Assembly (NCBI RefSeq): GCF_009914755.1
Contig: NC_060943.1
DNA length: 64,000 nucleotides
Reading direction: 5' to 3' (one strand)
Source of the DNA: the human T2T-CHM13v2.0 reference genome, Homo sapiens
A program made the position numbers and the translations under genes. Below the pieces are notes generated by a model. That model was not told where the DNA came from. It searched no databases and saw only the letters and a program-made list of their open reading frames with translations. Within the stretch, counting starts at the first letter, position 1; every line of letters starts with the position of its first letter. Below are positions 51,919 to 64,000 of this stretch, one piece after another.

Positions 51919-54900
51919 GCTGCCAAACTTTTTGCCCAAAGTGAATGTAACATTTTACATTTCTACCAACAATGCATGAAAGTTTCCATTGCTCTGCATT
52001 GTTGCCAACTCTCAGCATTATGTCTTTATTTTTAGGCATGCTAAAAGGTGTGTACAGGTATCTCATTGTGGTTTTCATTTTCATTTTCTTGAAAATTAAA
52101 GATGTCGAGCATCTTTTCATCACCTTATTTTCCATTTTTATCTCATATAACAATATGGATAGATCGCAAATACATCACATTAAATGAAACAAGTCCGACT
52201 CAAAAAGAGAGATACATACACATATATAAACAGACAGAGACACACACAGGATGTCTCCATTTATACAACATGTGGAAAAGGCAAAATTATACAGACAGAA
52301 AATGGGCTTGTGATCATCAAGGCCTGGGGGTGGGCAAAGGGATGGACTAAAAAGTAATAGGAGGAAATGTAGGGAAGTGAGGGAACTGTTCTCTGTCTTG
52401 ACTGTGGTATTGACTGCATGATGTAATTGTCAAAACTTTGAGAATTCCACACTAAAAAGGGTGAATATTACTGTATGTAAATTATACCTCAATAAATACG
52501 ACCTTAAAATATTACAGTCATGTTCACACAAAAACCTGCACACAGGTGTTTATAGCATCTTTATTCATAATCAACAAAACTTGGAAGCAATTAAGGTGTC
52601 CTTCAGTAGGTGAATGGATAAATAAGTCATGGTACTTCCAGACAATAGCATATTATTCAATGAGAAAAAAAAAAAAAAAAGAGCTAGCAAGCTACGAAAA
52701 GACATGGAAGAAACTTAAATCCACATTACTAAGTGAAACAAATCAATCTGAAAAGGCTGCATACTTTATGGTTCAGAGGCAAAATTATGGAGACAAAAGA
52801 AAATAGCCAGGAGTTTAGAGGAGTAGGCGAAACACAGAGGATTATTGGGACAGTGAAACGGCTCTTTATCCTTCTGTAATAATGCATACATGTCATTATT
52901 CATTTGTCTCAACCCACAGAATGCACATCAAGACTGAACCCTAATTAAACCATGGACTTTGGCCGATAGTGTCAATGTAGTTTCATCAATTGTAACAAAT
53001 GTACCACTCTGAAGGGGGATGTTGATGATGGGGGAGGCTGTGTATATGTGAGGGTAGGGGATATATGGGAAATCTCTGTACCTTCTGCCCCATTTTGCTG
53101 TGAACCTAAAATTTCTCTAAAAACTAGTCTTTTATATAAATGGGCATACATATACATATATATGTCAGCACTAAAATATCACGTTACAATAAATATAAAG
53201 GAGAAATTATTGAAAGTCATGTACAGTGAAATGTGTTTTCCTCCATATTTCCTGGAATTCATGAGGAGTGATACACTTAGGAGTAAGGTAAAATGGGAAT
53301 AATGAAGGGGACCAGACCTTGTTCTAGGGTATGTTAGGAAGGAAGAGGTGATCTCCAGGCACCCTCCTGAGAGTCAGCTGACATTGTCCTAAGTTGGGGA
53401 TAATGTTGTATCACAAAATATCCAAAACTGAAGGAAGAATAGTGAAGCTTCAGATACAGTGCTGGATGAGGTGAAGGGAGGTAATGGGTGAGCAGACATT
53501 GGTCTAAGATGTTGAGCAGCATGTGATGGGCCATCAGATACTGTGAAGAAGTGAGGAAGCAGAGCTAATGATGGCTCAGTAGACATTGATCTAAGGTGAG
53601 GTAATGGGATGTGTCACCAAGCACTGCCCAACTAGGGCTTGGGAATTAAAGGGGCATTGTGGCCCTGCTTCTTTGACTATGTTCTATCCTTTGGGCCCCA
53701 TCTTCACCTCCCCATACTGCCCTTCTTAAAGGTGAAACCATCTTTGCAGAGCCCAAATAGTTCCCACTCCCAGAACTGCCAATAGACTGGCCCCAGACGC
53801 CACCCAGCAACTGTGCATCTAATCAGATCATCTGTCAGCATCTGTAAGGCCACTGCTGCCTATCTAGGGCAAGATACCTAATATCCAATGAAGATCCACC
53901 CAAGTCTGCTCTAGTTCCCTGCTATTGGCTTCAGGCACTCCTCTCGGGGCAGGATGAGCAGGTGTGTGGATTGGGTTCTGGAGTAAATGCGGCTCTGTCG
54001 AGTTGCAACTGAGACAGGGCAGCGCTGTGCATGCTGAGGAAAAATGAGCAGGGAGTCTTTTGCAATCATGTTGGAGCTGTGGGATTCTGGAATCATGGCA
54101 GGAAATCCTGGAAGCAAGCATCCACATGGGATTTCCTGTACCTGTTTTCCCTTCTTTAGCATCAGACCAAAAGGTTCACAATGACTTTTTAGCTTTAGGG
54201 TTGAGAAGGGATACAGCCCAGGTACAGACTAGAGGTGAAAAAGCCTGGTGTGTTTTAGCCAAGTTGGTTCTCCCTATTAGCGCTTCTTATGCTGCAACAC
54301 AGAAAAAAATCAGACAGAAGTCACGCAACAAGCATGGGTCAACTCTCCACAGGTGCATTTATGGAATGCCTGCTGTATGGCAGTCATGGGTCTAGACTCA
54401 TAGTGGTGAACAAAAGGGAAATATTTTCTAGTGTAGAAGCCACAGAGAAATGAGGAAAATACACCAGGCAGCATGGTGGAAATTGCTAGGGAGAAGAATA
54501 AAGGAGGAAGGGTAAGGGGCTGGAATTTTAAACCAGGCAGGCAGGGAAGGCCTGTGTGGAGGTGTCATGGAAAAAAAGACATGACGGACAAGCCACAGAT
54601 AAAATAAAGAATTGTGCTCTTTGCAACGGGCACTGCAAATACAAAGGCCCTGAGTCAGGAACTGATGTTTGAGGCACATGGCGGGGAAGGTCCTTGTGGG
54701 GTGCGTGGGACGAAGATGGACACAAGTAGACAGTGAACATATGGTGGGGTTGGTTTTCATATGAGTTATCAATTTCATATGATTTATGATTTATCTCATA
54801 TCTCATATAATGTAAGATAATGATTTCATGACTTATCAACTTATGAAAGTCAGATCATTAAGGAAAGTAAAATGCTGGGCTTCAACTCAGTCACAAGTAA

Positions 54901-55043
54901 ATTAAAAAAAAAAAAGAGGCAGGCAACTGAGTGAGAAGAATTGTAATAGCAGAAGGAAGAATTTAAGTTCTCCCAGATGACCTGAAAATCCTAACCTCAA
55001 AGGCTTTCTTGAGGGTGGTGGGAGTGTACAAAACACTGTGCTG

Positions 55044-55325
55044 GGCCGGGCGCAGTGGCTCACGTCCGTAATCCCAGGACTTTGGGAGGCCGAGGCGGGC
55101 GGATCATGAGGTCAGGAGTTCGAGACCAGCCTGGCCAGCATGGTGAAACCCCCGTTTCTACTAAACATACAAAAATTAGCTGGGCGTGGTGGCACACGCA
55201 ATCCCAGCTACTCAGGAGGCTGAGGCAGGAGAATTGCTTGAGCCCGGGAGACGGAGGTTGCAGTGAGCCAAGATAGCGCCACTGCACTCTAGCTTGCCCG
55301 ACAGAGCAAGACTCTGTCTCAAAAA

Positions 55326-55357
<32 letters not shown>

Positions 55358-55375
55358 AAAAGAAAGAAAGAAGGA

Positions 55376-55431
<56 letters not shown>

Positions 55432-55462
55432 GAAAGAGAAAGAAAGAAAGAAAAAGAAAAAA
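55044..55462 (+). mobile_element. AluS whose tail has expanded to ~135 bp (GAAA)n
   Basis: Dimer, pure purine tract 55321-55462, TSD aaaacactgtgctg. Confidence 0.95.
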
Positions 55463-56158
55463 CACTGTGCTGGGTGTCAAACACAATGTGCTGAGAACCT
55501 GTGGGGCTCAGAGAGAGTCCTGGCAGATAATGAAGGGGACTGTAAGTCTTTTTCTATGACAATGGGGACTCAACATACGCTCTGAGGTCTGTGTCTGAAT
55601 ACACAGGGAGTTTGTCTTATTGCAGTATCTCTTGCTTGATAGAAATACTCAATGGGGAATTGGATATGCACAACTGTGTTCGATTCAAAAGAAGAAAATA
55701 CCCACAATTCTACTAGACAGTGTGTTCTGGAACAAACAACTCACAGAAGGATTCATCACTATCATATATATTATGTTGTCTTACCATTCAAACTGTTGGC
55801 ACTATACCTAATCCACAGTAAACAGGATTATCATTCCCATAATATGATCTTTCTTATGAAGAATTTGGTAACAGTATTCTATTGTAGTTTTCATGAGAAG
55901 GCTTTTCCTATTCACCAAATTGACTCGGTTCCTTGTCAGTATGAATAATGACCCAAGGTTTACTGGGGATGGTGACAATGTAGGAAGGGTCCCTCGCCTC
56001 ATTCAGTGCCTTCTCAGAGGCCCTCTCCAGAACAGCCATGTGTGACATTCTGATGTGGTCATTTCTATTTACAATAATATACATATTTTTCTGCTGCATG
56101 CGTGCAACAGTGTACAATCAGACCCAACCCTCAGGGGGGTTTTCTCACACTGTTTCTC

Positions 56159-58176
56159 TCAAGCGTGGCTGCTCTGATGAACACTGAACACTGATTTCTG
56201 AACGAAGCCTTTCCCACAGATGCCACACTTGTAGGGTTTGTCTCCAGTGTGTGTTGTCTGATGTTTATTCAAATTGGACCTGTTGCTAAAGGCCTTCCCA
56301 CACTCAGCACACACGTAAGGCTTCTCTCCAGTGTGAATTCGCTGATGCACTTGGAGCTGTGATTTTTTAGTGAAAGACTTCCCACAGTCACTGCACTCAT
56401 AAGGTTTCTCTCCAGTATGAATTCTGTGATGTGTAATCAACTCTGACTTCTGTCGAAAGGTCTTCCCACATTCAGAACAAATGTAGGGCTTTTCTCCGGT
56501 ATGAGTTTTCTGGTGCTTACTGAGATTTGACCTGCCACTAAAGGCTTTCCCACACTCAGCACACACATAGGGTTTCTCTCCTGTGTGAACTGGCTGATGC
56601 ACCAGGAGCTGAGACTTGGAGGTAAAGGACTTCCCACAGTCACTGCATTCATAAGGCTTCTCTCCAGTATGAATTCTTTGATGAGTAATAAAGTTTGACT
56701 TGCGGATGAAAGCTCTTCCACACTCAGTGCATACATAGGGTTTCTCTCCTGTATGAATTTTCTGATGAACAATGAGTATTGATTTCTGGTTGAAGGCTTT
56801 CCCACATTCGTGGCATTCATACTGTCTCTCTCCAGTGTGAATTTTCTGATGTATATTAAGATTTGACTTCTGAGTAAAGGCTTTTCCACAAGTATTGCAT
56901 TCATAAGGCTTCTCCCCAGTATGGATTCTCTGATGTGTAATCAAGTCTGACCTCTGGGTGAAGGCCTTTCCACATTTGGAACATATATAAGATTTCTCTC
57001 CTGTATGAGTTTTCTGATGTGTAATGAGATTTGACCGGTTGGTGAATGCCTTCCCACATTTATTGCATACATAGGGCTTTTCTCCTGTGTGAATTCGTTT
57101 ATGAACATGGAGTTGTGACTTGGAAGTAAACAATTTCCCACAGTGACCACATTTATAAGGTTTCTCTCCAGTATGAATTATTTGATGTGTAATCAAGTGT
57201 GCCTTCCGGATGAAGGCCAGTCCACATTTCATGCATATATACGATTTTTCTCCTGTATGAATTCTCTGATGCACTGTGAGTGCTGACTTCTGAGTGAAGG
57301 CTCTCCCACAGTCACTGCATTCATAAGGTTTCTCTCCAGTGTGAATTCTCTGATGAATAATCAACTCTGACCTGTAGGTAAAGGCCTTCCCACACTCAGT
57401 ACATATGGAAGATTTCTCTCTACTTTGAATCTTCTCATGTGTAATGAGGTTGGAATTATTGCTGAAGACCTTCCCATATTCGGTACATATATAGGGCTTC
57501 ACTCTTGTGTGAACACGTTGATGTACCTGAAGTTGTGACTTGGAAATGAAGGATTTGCCACAGTTATTGCATTCATATGGTTTTTCTCCACTATGAATTC
57601 TTCGGTGTGCAATCAATTGTGTTTTCTGGATGAAGGCCTGCCCGCATTCAATACAGATGTAGGATCTCTCGCCTGTATGGATTTTCTGATGAATCTTGAG
57701 TGTGGACTTTTGTGTGAACGCTTTGCCACAGTCAGTGCATTCATGGTGTCTCTCTCCAGTATGAATTTTCTCATGTAAACTGAGATCTGAGTTATAAGGG
57801 AAACCTTTCCCACATTCACTACATTCATATAGTTTTTCTCCGGTATGAATTCTGTGATGCCTGAAAAGAGACGATACTTGAAAAAAGGATTTTCCACATT
57901 CATTGCACTTATAGGGCTTCTCTCTCATATGGGTTTTCTGATGTGTGATGAATTCTGGCTTCTGTACAAAAGCCCTCCCACATTCAATACATACATAGAG
58001 TTTTTCTCCTGTAGGAACTTTCAGATGTACCTTGAACTGTGACTTCCAGGTGAAGCTCTTTCCAAATTCAGCACACTCATAGGATTTTTCCCCAGAATAA
58101 ATTTTTTGATCTTGAGAGGAAGCTGGTTTATAACCGATGATTTTTCTATGTTGATTATGGTCCCATAATTTCTCTC
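56159..58176 (-). CDS. ZNF585B: ZNF585B last coding exon: C2H2 array
   Basis: 2018 nt, same length and acceptor (ctccaacag|GA GAG AAA) as ZNF585A; near-identical protein. Confidence 0.96.
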
Positions 58177-58610
58177 CTGTTGGAGTACATTCACAGTAAG
58201 TATAGAAAGACATTTTACCATAGTTAGTACTCTTCTTAACATTCTTTGAAGCATCGTTTCTATCATGAATGTGTAGATCTAAATTATGCTTCAAGCCATT
58301 TCCAAATAAGTCACACTGATAGGGTTTTTAGGGGGATGTAAAATGTTTGGGTTCACATGAATTATCCTTCTGATAGCCTTATATTCATAATGCCTATTTG
58401 TAGTCAATATTTTCTTGATTAAAGCAACATCACTTAGATACTTATTTTCTTTTCTGATAATATTCTATCTGGTTATCAGTCTGTCACTGTTATTCTAGAA
58501 TGAAATACAATCTCACATCATCTCTATCATCATCTTCCCTTTCATTGTGGAAAGAAGTCTTTTTTTTTTCCAGAGATTCCCTGTAATAAGGTTTGAAATC
58601 CAAACACTTT
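58177..58610 (-). pseudogene. Intronised fossil coding spacer (copy B)
   Basis: …LYFILE*Q*Q…[18 protein letters not shown]… with stops and frameshifts. Confidence 0.8.
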
Positions 58611-59087
58611 TTCAAGGGATAATAAGTCACTTTTTGCTTATAGAGCAGCTAGCAGAGGCTAGAGGGGAAGGTAAAAATGGCTTATCCAGCTTGAACACAG
58701 AGAAAAGGGTAAGGGTGAGTAATTTCATGAGAAGGGTGTGACACTACTTAAATGAAACATTCTGGGGAACAATTCAGCAGTTAAAAGAAATAAACTAGAT
58801 GAACAGATAACACCATGGATAGACATGGAAAAAGGCAAAAAACATGATCTATAGCATAATAAGATTTATATAAACTAATGATCCATGCCCCTAATTCACT
58901 TTAAATTTTACAACATGCACGAATTAAAAAATGCTTCCATTATACAAAACAGTGGCTTCTGGTGGGAAGGCAGATGGGTGAGGGGAAAGAGAGAAAAGGG
59001 GATATTATCACAAAAATAAAATGAGAATCTTCACCCACATTTTCATGGTCATAGTGTGTCCTAAACTAAAGACAATGATTAAACTCA

Positions 59088-60228
<1,141 letters not shown>

Positions 60229-60596
60229 TAGCACGAGTGGGAGTGTGTGACACAGAGTAAATTTTGAAAGAAAGCAGATCCAGGAATACCTGGATGTAAA
60301 CGAGAGACTCTAGGACAATATGGAAGGCAGGGAAAAAAAGACTGTTACAGAAAAGGAATATAATAAAGATTTATCTTTAATGAGGCTGACTGGCACATGA
60401 CTTATAATCAACAAGGAAGGTCATCCAGGTAGAAGGCATTTAGTGATCTGAGAGGCATCAAGCAATATAAAAAATTCAGAGCCTTACTGAAGAGTGGTCT
60501 TAATAGCACTTCACAGGTTCCAGTGTTTTTCAAGACAGCTGAGATTTCCTCCTGTCTCCCATCTAACCTGAGTCACATTCACCTCACTTCACTCAC

Positions 60597-60689
60597 CTGG
60601 GCAGCTGTGACGTGGCCTCTCACCCTGCAGTGCCCATGGTTCCTTTCCTTGCTCCAACATGACCACCTCTGGTTTAGGAACTTGATACC
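60597..60689 (-). CDS. ZNF585B: ZNF585B KRAB-B exon ([31 protein letters not shown])
   Basis: 93 nt, AG/GT boundaries. Confidence 0.96.
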
Positions 60690-60936
60690 CTGTTCATGGG
60701 AAATGATAAAGGTCTGGGTCCAGCTAATTACGTTTCAGAGCCCAACAAATACAGTCTTATTGTTCAATGATGGTTTGTTCTTTAGGAAAGTAACCAGATA
60801 TCTCTGAGTAATATTCTGAGTACCCTAAACAAACAGAGAACCCTGGAGGAAAAAAGGACAAAACCATCACCTATCTAAGATGCCAACAGCATTCGTCAAC
60901 TGAGAATGAAAACACTCTCAGTGAGGCCTCCTTTCA

Positions 60937-61119
<183 letters not shown>

Positions 61120-61141
61120 TCAGCTTTGCACGGTGGAGTGA

Positions 61142-64000
<2,859 letters not shown>

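Overview
Human (or very close great-ape) genomic DNA from a KRAB zinc-finger cluster, recognised from protein sequence as 19q13.12. The window starts with the last codons and 3'UTR of a plus-strand ZNF (ZNF420). It holds the complete minus-strand ZNF585A gene: promoter ~43.6-43.9 kb and coding exons 40805-40876, 27192-27318, 26828-26920 and 22553-24570, giving 769 aa with KRAB-A/B and 21 intact C2H2 fingers. The last three coding exons of its tandem paralog ZNF585B follow. The two genes sit in an old ~32-34 kb tandem duplication. The rest is Alu, L1, L2, MIR, LTR and DNA-transposon sequence, a decayed SST1-like satellite (3.4-6.7 kb) and an unusual 10-bp-period CpG-decayed array with a ~736-bp higher-order unit (6.7-9.7 kb). 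Main observations: (1) ~420 nt of ancestral ZNF81-like coding spacer has become intron, through a new acceptor inside a TGEK linker; (2) patchy gene conversion has homogenised the paralogs except around DNA-contact codons; (3) the 10-mer array; (4) an intronic hairpin that could compete with the KRAB-A 5' splice site; (5) overlapping ORFs that could shift translation to a KRAB-truncated start. No prokaryotic-type system (CRISPR etc.) is present. Exon coordinates are base-exact; repeat boundaries and subfamily names were read by eye and are approximate.
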